From a virus (Duplodnaviria; Caudoviricetes): DNA of 42,784 nt. The stretch covers positions 1 through 42,784 of the IMG/VR virus record IMGVR_UViG_3300030329_004361, one strand, 5' to 3'. The position numbers and the translations under genes were made by a program. The notes beneath the pieces are model-generated. The model searched no databases. It saw only the letters and a list, made by a program, of their open reading frames with translations, and had not been told where the DNA came from. Shown piece after piece: positions 26,287 through 36,700 of the stretch (positions are counted from its first letter, which is position 1; each line of letters starts with the position of its first letter).

Positions 26287-26485
26287 CGTTGCGACGGCAA
26301 TCAGCGAGGTGGTCTGGAAGTCCGGGTCACTTCGGGTCGGCACCCTTCGCATTCGGGTGCAGATCATGGACGTGCGTGACCGCTGGGGCCAGATCGAATA
26401 CCTCGTCGAGCCGATGGATGGCAGCGGCGAACAGTGGGTCGGCGCCCAACTCGTAGACCTCAAGACGCAAGGAGAGCAGCGATGA
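26270..26485 (+). CDS. Small beta-barrel (SH3-like) phage protein
   Basis: 71 aa with GGGAGG RBS and 'VQIMDVRDRWGQIEYLVEPMDGSGEQWV'. Confidence 0.7.
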   Translation: MTMPDDVATAISEVVWKSGSLRVGTLRIRVQIMDVRDRWGQIEYLVEPMDGSGEQWVGAQLVDLKTQGEQR

Positions 26486-27096
26486 ACAACAGCAGCCACA
26501 AGGGGGAAAGGTTCCTCCCGCAGGTTCTGAGTCAGGACGAGGTCAACGCGATGATCTCGATCTGCAACCCGGACTCACTGTCCGGGGCGAGGAACCGCGC
26601 GATCGTCGCGGTCCTGTACCGTTGCGGTCTCCGGGTCAGCGAGGCGCTGGCACTGAAGACCAGCGACCTCGACTTCGATAGCGGCATCGTCCGGGTGCTT
26701 CACGGCAAGGGCGACAAGGCACGAACCGTGGGCATCGACGACGCCGCTTCGGAGATGGTGCAGCACTACCTGACAGAGCACCGGCACAAGGTTGACGACG
26801 GACCACGGGTCTTCGTGACCTACACCGGCAGGCCGGTGCTGCCCCGCTACGTCCACACGATGATGGTGAGGCTCGCCCGGTGGGCAGGCATCAGCAAGCG
26901 GGTTCACCCGCACGGACTGCGACACACGCACGCTCACGAACTTGAGATGGAGGGCGTGCCGGTCAGCGTGATCGCGAAGACGCTCGGACACGCCTCAATT
27001 CACACGACGAACACTTACCTCAATCACATCCATCCGACCGCTGCGGTGAACGCGATCCGTGGCAGACGATGGACAACCCAAGGAGCAGCACAATGA
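26482..27096 (+). CDS. Tyrosine recombinase, catalytic domain only (XerD/FimB-like)
   Basis: 204 aa with all catalytic residues: GLRVSE (R), GKGDK (K), HGLRH (HxxR), LGH, and TTNTY (Y). Confidence 0.93.
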   Translation: MNNSSHKGERFLPQVLSQDEVNAMISICNPDSLSGARNRAIVAVLYRCGLRVSEALALKTSDLDFDSGIVRVLHGKGDKARTVGIDDAASEMVQHYLTEHRHKVDDGPRVFVTYTGRPVLPRYVHTMMVRLARWAGISKRVHPHGLRHTHAHELEMEGVPVSVIAKTLGHASIHTTNTYLNHIHPTAAVNAIRGRRWTTQGAAQ

Positions 27097-27344
27097 CAAA
27101 GCTGGAAGGCAAACTGGCGTGGGTCCACTTCGGATCTGATCGCCGCAAGTGGATCGGGTATCGACAGGTGCAAATCATGCGAGTGGACCGGGATCGCAAG
27201 GGCAACATCAAGCGGCTCCGGGTTCAGGCGTACAACCCCTCGACCGACAGGTTCGACGGGCGAGCGTTCGCATTGAACAGCAGCGAGTGGACCGGCGAAG
27301 GACTCGGCGTCGTGTTCCGACGGAAGCTCAAGGAGATCAACTGA
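27093..27344 (+). CDS. Small basic protein
   Basis: 83 aa, AAGGAGCAGCAC RBS, ATGA-coupled. Confidence 0.75.
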   Translation: MTKLEGKLAWVHFGSDRRKWIGYRQVQIMRVDRDRKGNIKRLRVQAYNPSTDRFDGRAFALNSSEWTGEGLGVVFRRKLKEIN

Positions 27345-27556
27345 TGAACTGCCCAGTTTGCGGAGGAAACATGGAGCAGCAGGCGTGCGGTGCGGTGGCC
27401 TGCTCCTCCTGCGGTGAACACGACGTGCCTGCCGACCTGCCTTCCGTGCTCGCGACATGCACGGTCTGCGGGTGGCAGGCACCGCAGCGACCGAAGGCAC
27501 CGCAGTTTGTTTCGGACCCAGCGTCGGCGGAGCGTTCCGCCGACGACACACGATGA
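27344..27556 (+). CDS. Zinc-ribbon protein
   Basis: 70 aa with CPVC, CSSC and CTVC; AAGGAG RBS. Confidence 0.7.
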   Translation: MNCPVCGGNMEQQACGAVACSSCGEHDVPADLPSVLATCTVCGWQAPQRPKAPQFVSDPASAERSADDTR

Positions 27557-27578
27557 CCCTGACACAAGGAGCTACTCG

Positions 27579-27758
27579 ATGAAGACGAAGAACAAAGCCG
27601 GACGACGAGCAGAGAACGGAGTGAAAATGAAGTGCTACTCAACCTCACTGACCCCCATGGAGCGGCGACGGTGCGGAGCACTGGCGAAGGCCGAGGGCTT
27701 GACCTACAGTGCGTGGTCGAGGAAGACCCTGATCGCTAAGATCCCCCCATGCAAGTGA
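27579..27758 (+). CDS. Ribbon-helix-helix-like DNA-binding protein
   Basis: 59 aa with strand-helix-helix pattern 'CYSTSLTPMERRRCGALAKAEGLTYSAWSR'; AAGGAG RBS. Confidence 0.6.
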   Translation: MKTKNKAGRRAENGVKMKCYSTSLTPMERRRCGALAKAEGLTYSAWSRKTLIAKIPPCK

Positions 27759-27781
27759 TCCCCAGCCTTTCTCCTCTCTTG

Positions 27782-27819
27782 ACCCTCACCCGGGTTCGCC
27801 CGGGTGGGGGTTTTTTTTT
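27782..27819 (+). terminator. Intrinsic terminator ending the early operon
   Basis: CCCTCACCCGGG-TTCG-CCCGGGTGGGGG followed by T9, at the convergence point of the two operons. Confidence 0.9.
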
Positions 27820-28220
27820 GGCCTCATTTTCGCCGCAGCCTCGACGAACTCACGACGGTCCCCGTCCTGAAGATCGAACGCTGCCCTCAACATGTCCCTC
27901 GTCTCATGAGTGAGCAGGGCGTCAGGCCAGCGACGGATGATCGTCCAGCCGAGGGCAGCAGCCCAAGAGTACTTGTCGGCATCGTCCTTGAGCCGCTTGA
28001 CGCTGCTATGCCCTGACCGGGGAAGCTGTCGGCATGCGGGGCATCGCCGCCCGGAGCCGAAAAAACCACCCTCGATTTCGAGGGCCACCATGTGCTCCGG
28101 CCATGCGTAGTCGAACCGGAACCGGCGGGTCGATAGAACCCGGTGCTCCTCGACCGGGTCAGGCAGACCAAGCTGGGCCACCAGCGCCCTGATTTCCAGA
28201 CTGTAGTCGCGTCCACTCAT
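27786..28220 (-). CDS. PD-(D/E)xK endonuclease (DUF559/Vsr-like)
   Basis: 'EHRVLSTRRFRFDYAWPEHMVALEIEGG...DADKYSWAAALGWTIIR' with an inserted CPAC. Confidence 0.8.
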   Translation of the reverse strand: MSGRDYSLEIRALVAQLGLPDPVEEHRVLSTRRFRFDYAWPEHMVALEIEGGFFGSGRRCPACRQLPRSGHSSVKRLKDDADKYSWAAALGWTIIRRWPDALLTHETRDMLRAAFDLQDGDRREFVEAAAKMRPKKNPHPGEPG

Positions 28221-28273
28221 CGTCGCGATCCCTCAAAGCGACCTCGTCTCTACGAGATCAGAAAGATAGCAAA

Positions 28274-28383
28274 TCCGACCGTCGGAACCGACGTACCGTC
28301 GGGGCCGCCATCCAGTGCATCAGGATGCAACACGGCGCGGCATCCTGCACCCGACGGTTCCCCGACGGTTCCCGACGGTTGGA
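28274..28383. repeat. Convergent ACCGTCGG / CCGACGGTT repeat module
   Basis: ACCGTCGG x2 at 28278 and 28295; CCGACGGTT x3 at 28351-28380. Confidence 0.8.
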
Positions 28384-28384
28384 T

Positions 28385-28615
28385 TCACTCATCGTCACGC
28401 TCCCTCAACATGCCATCCGCTGCTCCACCGAGAGCCTTGGGATGGATTGATATTGGCCGACCTCTAGCCTCATGCACAGCGGCGTCCACGATCGCATTGT
28501 CCTGGTTTAGACGCTCCCAGAGGCAACGCTTGCAGAACAGGCCGTCAAAGGTAACGGCGTCCTTGACGCAGTCGTGGCAGCGACCATCGTCTCTAGCTAC
28601 CAGTGGAAGGGTCAT
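28385..28615 (-). CDS. Small zinc-finger protein
   Basis: 76 aa with CHDC...CKRC; AAGGAGG RBS. Confidence 0.7.
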   Translation of the reverse strand: MTLPLVARDDGRCHDCVKDAVTFDGLFCKRCLWERLNQDNAIVDAAVHEARGRPISIHPKALGGAADGMLRERDDE

Positions 28616-29651
28616 CGCCGTCCTCCTTCACCAGTTGGGCCACGGCTCTCTGCACCATCTGGCTCGACGCCGGGCGACCAGCGAGTACCGACCACCGGGC
28701 GTGAGCGCGGTTCACCAGCGACTCCAGCTTGGCAGGATCGTTAGCCTCTAGCTGGGCAACGAGGGCTGCTGCCCTCTCCTTGGCCTCAGACGCCTCCTGA
28801 CGGGCTTTCGCGTCAGCCTCGGCCTCGGCCTGCCTCTCCTGACGCAACGCCTCAGACGCCCTGTCCTGCCTCCTCTGGGCCTGCTCCTTCTTCTGCTCCT
28901 TGGGGTCGCGTCCGTGGGCACGCCACTCCTCCTCGCTCATCTCCCACCAGCCAGCGTCACAGAACGTCGCGAGGTGGGGGATGAACCCTGCCCCCTCGGT
29001 CGCGTGGGTGAACGCCTTCGTCCTCTCGACGGCGAGGGCAATGGCTTGATCGTTGGTCAGGTCACCGGAGGAATGGATCTTTTCGATCATCCGGGCGGCG
29101 GCGTCGGTTGCCTTGCCCCTCGGCCCGACGTGACGTGAGTGGTAGGCGCGGAGGATTGCTGGCGTGAAGTGCCGCCACCGGGTCCAGCCCCCTCCCCCTG
29201 CACCCCCTCCCAGAGAACCATCACCATCACAGTCATAGTCACAGGGAGGAGTCTTAGAAGACTGCACTATGGAGTCCACTGTGGAGTCCACCGTGGACTC
29301 CACCGTGGAGTCCTGTTTTCGCTGCGCTTTTCGCGTCTTGCCGCCCTGCGACTTTCGCGAATGGATACTCTCGGCCTTGTCTCGCTCGGCTGCGAGGCGA
29401 GGGTTACGGAGCCTACCGTCTTCCCCTTCCGGAAACTTGTGCGATAGCAGTTCCCAGAGGTATACGAATGAATCTTCGTCCTCGCCGGAGAGACGGGAGA
29501 GCGAACCAGTGCAACTGGGCAGACTGCCCTCAATCCACTGACGGCACAGCAGTTTGATGTAGATGCCCACAGCATCGTTGGGGACCAGGGCAACATCCTC
29601 GTCGTTCAGGAAGTCGCTGGCGTAGAGCGGGAAAAACGGCAAATTTGCCAT
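28593..29651 (-). CDS. Replication initiator, DUF1376/YdaU-like
   Basis: 'PFFPLYASDFLND...GIYIKLLCRQW..GSLP...LRNPRL'. AAGGAGGT RBS before ATG 29651. Internal iterons present. Confidence 0.8.
   Translation of the reverse strand: MANLPFFPLYASDFLNDEDVALVPNDAVGIYIKLLCRQWIEGSLPSCTGSLSRLSGEDEDSFVYLWELLSHKFPEGEDGRLRNPRLAAERDKAESIHSRKSQGGKTRKAQRKQDSTVESTVDSTVDSIVQSSKTPPCDYDCDGDGSLGGGAGGGGWTRWRHFTPAILRAYHSRHVGPRGKATDAAARMIEKIHSSGDLTNDQAIALAVERTKAFTHATEGAGFIPHLATFCDAGWWEMSEEEWRAHGRDPKEQKKEQAQRRQDRASEALRQERQAEAEADAKARQEASEAKERAAALVAQLEANDPAKLESLVNRAHARWSVLAGRPASSQMVQRAVAQLVKEDGDDPSTGS
29269..29313. repeat. Intragenic 12-bp iterons, probable replication origin
   Basis: TGGAGTCCACTG-TGGAGTCCACCG-TGGACTCCACCG-TGGAGTCC in the linker of the initiator gene, as in lambda O-type origins. 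Confidence 0.7.
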
Positions 29652-29680
29652 GATACACCTCCTTGGAGGGATGGTTGTAG

Positions 29681-29730
29681 AAAAAAGTGTTCCTCTCAGG
29701 GAGGTGCAAGGCCCTACCCTGAGAGGAACA
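29681..29730 (-). terminator. Terminator/attenuator between ssb and the initiator gene
   Basis: Perfect 14-bp stem (29688-29701 with 29717-29730) followed by C-U6 on the minus strand. Confidence 0.8.
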
Positions 29731-29741
29731 AGGAGCACAGC

Positions 29742-30140
29742 CTAGAATGGAATGTCTTCAGCAGCCACGGGCTGGTGCTGCTGCTGGGCCTGCTGCTGCA
29801 CCTCGTCCTGAGCCTGCTGGATTGGGGTATCGACCCTGACCCTGAGTCCCGGGACGGATCGGCCATTGTACTGCACCATCTGCGTGAACAGGACAACCTG
29901 CTGCCCGATCCAGTCGTTGCTCTCGTATCCGAGGGCGTCGATCAGGATGTTCGTGTTCGTCACGTTGAGGATCAGCTTCTTGTTCGCGGAGTGGAAGCTC
30001 ACGACCCACTTGTCCTCCAACCCGTTGTCGCCACGGACCTGCTCTGTGTCAACCCCGGAGATCGTCACGGTGATTTCGCCCTTCAGATCCTTTGCCCCGA
30101 GGTACGCACTAGTCCCGAACGCATTTCTCATGTCAGCCAT
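29742..30140 (-). CDS. Single-stranded DNA-binding protein (phage type)
   Basis: 132 aa, OB-like core, Q-rich linker and C-terminal EDIPF tail. Confidence 0.75.
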   Translation of the reverse strand: MADMRNAFGTSAYLGAKDLKGEITVTISGVDTEQVRGDNGLEDKWVVSFHSANKKLILNVTNTNILIDALGYESNDWIGQQVVLFTQMVQYNGRSVPGLRVRVDTPIQQAQDEVQQQAQQQHQPVAAEDIPF

Positions 30141-30170
30141 TGGTATGCTCCTTTTGTGACATGCCTAAAA

Positions 30171-30650
30171 CTAGCGGACAAAACGCTTGTCCACTTCTAT
30201 CAATGATTTCTTGGGTGCTTTATCCTTCAGCTTGGTGACCTCGACCCTCTCGAACAGCAGGTCGAACTCATCGCCTGCGGTCTCGGGAGACTCTCGCTCA
30301 AGCAGCTTCTTGAAGTGTCCCGGCTTGATCGCGTTGCTCGACAACGCCTCGACCACCGAGTCGAAGTCGCCGCCGGTCAGTTCAAGGATTCGCTCCAATG
30401 CCCGGGCGGGCTGGAGACACTTGGTCCGCTTCTCTATTCCGGGGAAGAACCAGCGGTCCTCCGAGACCCGGAGGTTTCCGTTCTGCTCGCACCACGCCAG
30501 CGCCTCCGCCTTGTAGGCGTCGAGCATCTTCGCGATCTGCTTCTTGGCGTCTAAAAGGTAGAGGAGTCCGTCGAGTACCGTGTCGTGCTCGGCGTCCATC
30601 TCAACCAGTGCCTGACCCTCGTCAGGCTGAACCAACTCTGGGATTGTCAT
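30171..30650 (-). CDS. Hypothetical DNA-metabolism protein
   Basis: 159 aa with AAAGGAGCACAGC RBS; first gene after the replication promoter. Confidence 0.75.
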   Translation of the reverse strand: MTIPELVQPDEGQALVEMDAEHDTVLDGLLYLLDAKKQIAKMLDAYKAEALAWCEQNGNLRVSEDRWFFPGIEKRTKCLQPARALERILELTGGDFDSVVEALSSNAIKPGHFKKLLERESPETAGDEFDLLFERVEVTKLKDKAPKKSLIEVDKRFVR

Positions 30651-30677
30651 GCTGTGCTCCTTTTTGATGACCCCCGG

Positions 30678-30705
30678 ATTCTAGCAGATCAGCCCGCCCT
30701 GTCAA
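30678..30705 (-). promoter_or_regulatory. Sigma70-type promoter for the replication module
   Basis: Minus strand TTGACA, 16 nt, TAGAAT with an extended TG; overlaps the end of the giant gene. Confidence 0.75.
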
Positions 30706-33700
30706 CCGCCTTGTCCTCCCGATCACGACGCTCGCGAATGATTGTGTCCTTGGCACGGCTCCTGCCACGGCGGATGAACTTCTTGATCCTTTCGATGTCG
30801 CGTTCGGTCGGGTTCTCGTAGTCGAATCCCCAGCCCGACGCACGCTCAAGCGCGTACTCTCCGGCAAGTTTCAAGAACCGATGATACTCGGGGTCGGACA
30901 TGACGTAGCTCTCGCCGTCACGCTTGAAGTTCTTCTTGGGCTGCGTTGGGTACAAGCCATCGTTGGGATTGGTGACGTTCCAGATCCTGATCATCGTGTT
31001 CAACTTGTGTGCGTCACTCGGATCGTAGTTATAGATACGGGTCATCGACGCGATCGACATCTTGAGAAGCCAGTCCCCGACAGGATTGCCAACCCAGTCG
31101 CCACGCTTCACGTCCCGGCCCCACAATTCCACCTTCGGTGACGGTGCAAGCTGGGCCAGAGGGAGAGCCTTCTTCCCGAGCATTGTCATGCCGCTAGTCC
31201 ACCACTCGCCGGTGCCGATCTCACCGCCCGTCCTGTACTCTCGATAAAACGGATCGGATTCCCTCGACGCCTGCCTGACGATGTTGGGAACGAACGCCAC
31301 GCCGGTGTCGGTGAGGAACCGCATGACGCCAGACTCGGTCGGCTCGGTCAGCAGCGTGATGATGTCCTTGAAACCACGCATCGAACTCTGGTCGGAAAAC
31401 AGGTTGACCGCACTTTTCAGCCCGTCCGCCAAAGCCGCCATCGTTGCCTTGTCGTTCTTCGCCTCCTTGATTGCGTCAACCGCATCAACCATTGTCGCCA
31501 GTGATATGTCCAGCGGAGAGAAGCCCTGGTAAGAAATTCTCTCATTGGTGAATGGAACCCGGATCGTGTACGGCGCGGCGACCCGGTACTGCTCGCCTCG
31601 TTTCGACGAGTGTTTTTCCGCCGAGCCTGTGATGTTGGGCAGACCATCTTCCTCGTCCGGCCCCTCCGCGTAGGCGACCATCGACATGAAGATTGTCCAC
31701 GCGATCAACTGCTCGGCCACGTCCTCGACCACCGCTTGCCGTGTGCTTACGGACCCGAGGTTGTTCATCGTGTGGTAGTCGTAAGTCGAGTCCCATCCCA
31801 TCTTGGCCCGGCCCAGCCTGCCTAGCTTCCACGCCAGACGCAGTGAACCGATCGGCGTCTTCTTCCCAGCGACACGGGCAATGTTCCACGGGGTCGTGAA
31901 GAATGGCAGCTTGTACCTGATGCCGGGTATCAAACCTCGACCCTTCAGCAAGAACTCTCCGACAGGGTCCAGCTTCTCCTGATAGGTCAGACGCAACGCC
32001 TCGTCATAGGCTGCGACCCACGCCTCGCTCTGCTTGTCACTGGTTAGTTCGATCATGCGGTTCGTCATAGCCTGACCCTGCTTCTTCTCTCGAAGCGCGA
32101 TGCGGTGGGCCATGACCTGAGCATGTTGCGTTGCGATCGCCGTCTGGAAGAACTGATCCATCGAGAGGGCCATACGCTGCGACCATCGCCAAGCCCTGCC
32201 CCTTCGCCCTGCAATCTTGGGTCCACGCCTGCCCTTGCCGGTAAGCTCCAGCCGGGCGGAGCCGAAGCGGTCGGTCGCGGAGCCGACCTCGTCGCTGAAC
32301 ACGACACGCTCCATTGCCCAAGACTCTCGGAAGTTCTCTATCGCCTCCGGCATGGACTGGATCAGTCCCTTGATGATGTGCTTGAACTCGCCAAACGTAG
32401 CACCGCCTGCCCTGCTTCCGGGCGTGACCGTATTCAAAAAGGCGGAGGTGAAACGCTGTGCGGTAAGCTCCCACGTCGCGTTCAACGTGTTACCAACTAC
32501 GTTGCGAAGCACCGTGCCGGTGCCGGACATCAGACCGGAGCGGAAGAACTCAAACTGTTTGTCGAAGTAGGTCGAGTCGGCGATGCTGATCTGGTTGATC
32601 ACGTTCGACACAAATCGCGGGTCTTTCCAGTTGTTCTTCGCCGATGCGAGGTCTACGCCCGCCGCCTTCAACTTCTTCTTCAACCCAAGAACACGCTTCT
32701 TCGCAGACTCAAGAACCTCGTCGATTCTCTTCTTCGCATGCTCATGTGCCACCGAGCCGTCAGGGTTGGCACGCAGGATCTTCTTCAGTTTGCGGAGCTT
32801 GTTCTTCTCGGGGACGGTGAAGGCAAGCAATGCATCAAGAGCCGCTTTTCTGTTGGCTATTGATGGGTTCTTCTCTTGGTCCTGCCGCATGCGACCGGCC
32901 TGCGACCACTGCTCGCCAGTGTCACGGTAGCCGGACCACATCCGCAGAGCTTCCTCGACCGCCTTCTCAGAGTCCGTGTCACGCCCAAACTTCTGATGTT
33001 CAATGAGCGCGTTCCACGACTTGGCCTCCAGAAGTTTGCGTGCAGCCCATGTCTCCCATGGTTCAAGATCCTCGCCGCGTTCAACCTTCTTGATAAGCTC
33101 GTCCACCTTTGCCTGCTTTGTCTCGTCGGTCGTGGCGTCCTCAAGGAACTGCTCGGCACGTTCCCTCACCGCCTGATCGCTCTCGCTTACCTTCCGGCCT
33201 TGGTATCCAGCGCTGGCCCTGATCTCATCCACTGCACGCAGGGACTCAACAGACTCCGGCGTGAACAGTGCCTCGGCAAGGTCCGCGTCCTCGGCACGCC
33301 GCTCTCCACGGTCACGCCGCTTGGCACGACGCTCCATCACCTTCCGCCACTCGGCGGGAGTGATCTGCTGGAAGCGGGTGTCCTCCGTGGACGGGTCGAA
33401 CCGCTCGGACAACGGGATCACGTTGCCAGCGTCGTCGCGGGTCACGGGTTCGGCGGATTTGATTTGGGAGGGGTTGCGAACAGCGACTGTGTTGGGGGGC
33501 TTCCCTAGCGTTTCCTGAATGATCATCCCGTCGTAATCTTCCAAGACTGCATCAACAACAGCGCGAGCCTCCCATATCAAATACCCTCCATTCTCTACCG
33601 CGTCTCTCACTTGCGAAGACCAGTTATTTTCTTGCTCACCAACAACGTCCTCAAGCAGGGGCAGATACTCCCTCCAATGTTTTCTGGGATCAAACAGTTT

Positions 33701-36700
33701 GGGGGCTTTTATGTGGGCGTTGACTATGTTGATCCCCATCTCCATCTCTGCTTCGCCAACAGTCATGCCATCCAACCGCCTCCTTTCAAAGGCGTCTCGT
33801 TTCTTGAAAATATTTTCGTACCGCCCCATTGCCCCCGGCTTTTTTACATCAAACTTGCCATGCTTTTTTGCATCTTGTTCAAACAGCCTGTCGGTATGGA
33901 TACTGGACTCTTCTTTGACCTTGCTGATTCGCCTTGCGATCTCGGGAGGAGGAACTCTATGCCCTCCGGTTCCCCTAGCATAATCCTTTGCGAAGTCCTC
34001 GCTAAAGGAAAAGTAGAACAGGTCGGAGGGATCGCGTCTATGCTCAAACGTATGGAACTTCTGTTTTGTTCCATGATATACCGGGCCAACGTTATACCCC
34101 GCAGCCTCCGCCGCATCATCCACCATCTTCTGCAACTCGTCCCGGTTGGCTTCGGGATCTCTAGCCAGTTCCATGTACCTGCGGTTGACCGCTGCGGGTA
34201 CTGGCTGGAAGCGTGGGTCGTGCTTCCCGCTTCCCCGTTTCTTCGCAGGTATTCGCTTACCTTCGTCGTCCTTGGTGACGGGATCTGTGAGCTTGTATTG
34301 TCTCGCGTCGGACTTCTCGGCGACTGCGTCCCTGTTCTCTTTCACAAACTTGCCGCCGTCCACACGAAGCTGCGGCCTGACCTTCTTGCTGCGTAGAATC
34401 TTGTTCGCCTCTTCATGGGTCAAGAGCCTCTTTACCTTCAGGCTCCCGGCGATTGACCATGTCCCGGGGGCTTCAGCCGTCGTGGTATTCGTGTCGTAAT
34501 CGTAATAACCATCTACGGGAACATCTCGCAGCCCGGACTCGCGAGGGTTTATATCACCCTTGCCCGTTCTCTTCGCTGTTCTCTCGTATTCCTCTTGATA
34601 GTTTTTGTCAGCCGCAACTTCCACTTCCGCAAACACGACGTTTTTATAAAGTTTGTATTTCCACGGGCTGGTCTTGCTTGGGGTGACGACTTCTCCTGCA
34701 CCCTGCGGGTTGAACGGCAATGTCCCCGTGTGCCACCCGGGCCGAAACGCCAGAAACTTTGCGGTCCTGCCCTTGATCCCGGCCTTTCTCAGCCTTTTTA
34801 TGGACTCTGGCGTAAACGTGCTCAAGCTGCGAGACTGTCCAGTTTCGCCAAGAACGTATTGCCTTTCGCCAAGTGTTTCGTATGCTCCGCCGCCCTGCTT
34901 GGCGTCGAGCCATACCCCCATGGGTATGTTGTCTTTTGCCCCAACGTAAAGGGGACGGAGGTGTCCTTCTACTATCCTGAACGCCTTGTACCTCGTCACC
35001 GTTTTCTTGGGGGTAGCACCGCGACGGACAGAGTACGCCGGAACATCCGAGGCAAACCCTTCGTCTTCGGGGTTGTCAAACGTCAGGGTTCCCTGCTTGT
35101 GCTTGAACGCGGGAGGCCGCTGGGCCTCTTGGAATCTGGCGGCCTCTGGATTCCATTTCCCCTCCGCATCACGGAACGCAGCCTCGCCTTCAACCGACCG
35201 ATGAGTGTCTGCATCACCATAGTCGTCGAAGACAGGGATCTGCTCCCTGATAGAAGCAAATCCTCCGTCCTTTCTCGCGGGAACCTCGGGAAGGCCAGTC
35301 AACCCGTCCACGTCCCGCACCATCAAAACTATGTTGGGCTTGCCTGCGAGGTCGTACGGCCAGTTAGGAGGCGCGTACTCATCGTTCCATGTGAGGATGG
35401 CCGCTGGGCGAAATCCGTGGTTCCCGTACAGCGTGGGCAGGAAGCCATCAATGTCGTACCCGTCGAGGGTATTTGAAGACTTCCCCGCTTCATTCAACAG
35501 AAGGTTGATGTTTGCCTTGGAGTCCGGGTGCTTGAATACCGAAACAAGATCACCCCCGTCCGTTACCGCAACGCCGGAAAGCAAATCCTTCGTCAGGTAC
35601 AGATGGTTATCTGGGTCTTGGTAGAAGTCGAGATCCTTGACTTCTACCGCCGCGCCCAAGGGGTGGTCCCTTGCGGTCGCTGCTATTCCATCTCGGAATT
35701 GTCGCCCCCGAACTGTAGGGTCAACCCTGCCCCCAACGACCTCATCTTCTCGCGGTGTATTTTCTGCGACTCTTCCTTCGTCCTCGACCGCACCCTCTGT
35801 AGATATTGCTGCACGGTCTCTCTCGAAGCGGGTGAGGCCCGCTTCTCTTGTTCTTCGTTCCGCCGCTTGGAATTTTGCTGTTCTGACATTGCGTGGCTCC
35901 TGTTTCTCTAGTGTAGCTCGGGCCTTGGCCGCAGGCAAACCAACAGCGGTCTCTGGGTTTTCCTCCGCCCCCTTCGCCCGGTTCTCCTGAAACTCCCGAA
36001 CGCTGGCCCGCATCTCCTCGGCGGTTGGTGGTCTCAGAACGTCGCTTTCATCGTCGTGAACGGCGGACCCCGCCACGCGAACAACGTCGTTGAGTTTGCT
36101 CGTCCCCACTCCCCCCACCCGCTTGGACAGAGGGGTCGGCCCCATACCAGCCCGGGTTTTGATTTCCTTCTCCAGAGCCTCGTTCTCTACTTTCTCCAGT
36201 TGCTCTAGTTTTGCTCTTATGTTTTCGTCGGTGATCCGTCCGCGATCCACCGCGCCATCGCCTTCTTCAGCGACCCCGGCTCGTAGTTTTCGTCGAACTC
36301 CCTTTGCTGGGCGTTTAGGTTTGGCGTCGGAAGCGATGCGTTTGCGGGGCTTGGTGAAGGCTCCGCTCTTGTCTTTCTTTCCTTGGAGTTCGAGGACGCC
36401 TTCCTTGTACTCTGTTGTGACTGCCCTTGCTGCTGTGCCATAGTCCAAATCCTTTTCTGTTTCTTCTGACGAATCTTCGCCTTCGGAGGTTGTGATCCCG
36501 GTTCCCTTGACACCAAGGTTCGTCCACAACTGCTTCTCATGATACCACATCATCGCCTGAAAATCAGCCATCGTGATCTTTGTGGGAGCACCTTTCTTTG
36601 TCCCGTAGATAGCCTTGATGTCTTCGGCGTGTTCCTCTGAGAACTTGTCGATGGCCTTGGCGGTTATTTCCCTTTGCTGGACGCGGTCGTTGCCGTTCTT

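Noticed and set aside
29728-29839. Plus-strand AAGGAGCACAGC motif followed by a 30-codon antisense ORF inside ssb
   Set aside because: SD-to-ATG spacing is long and the peptide is the low-complexity antisense of Gln codons.
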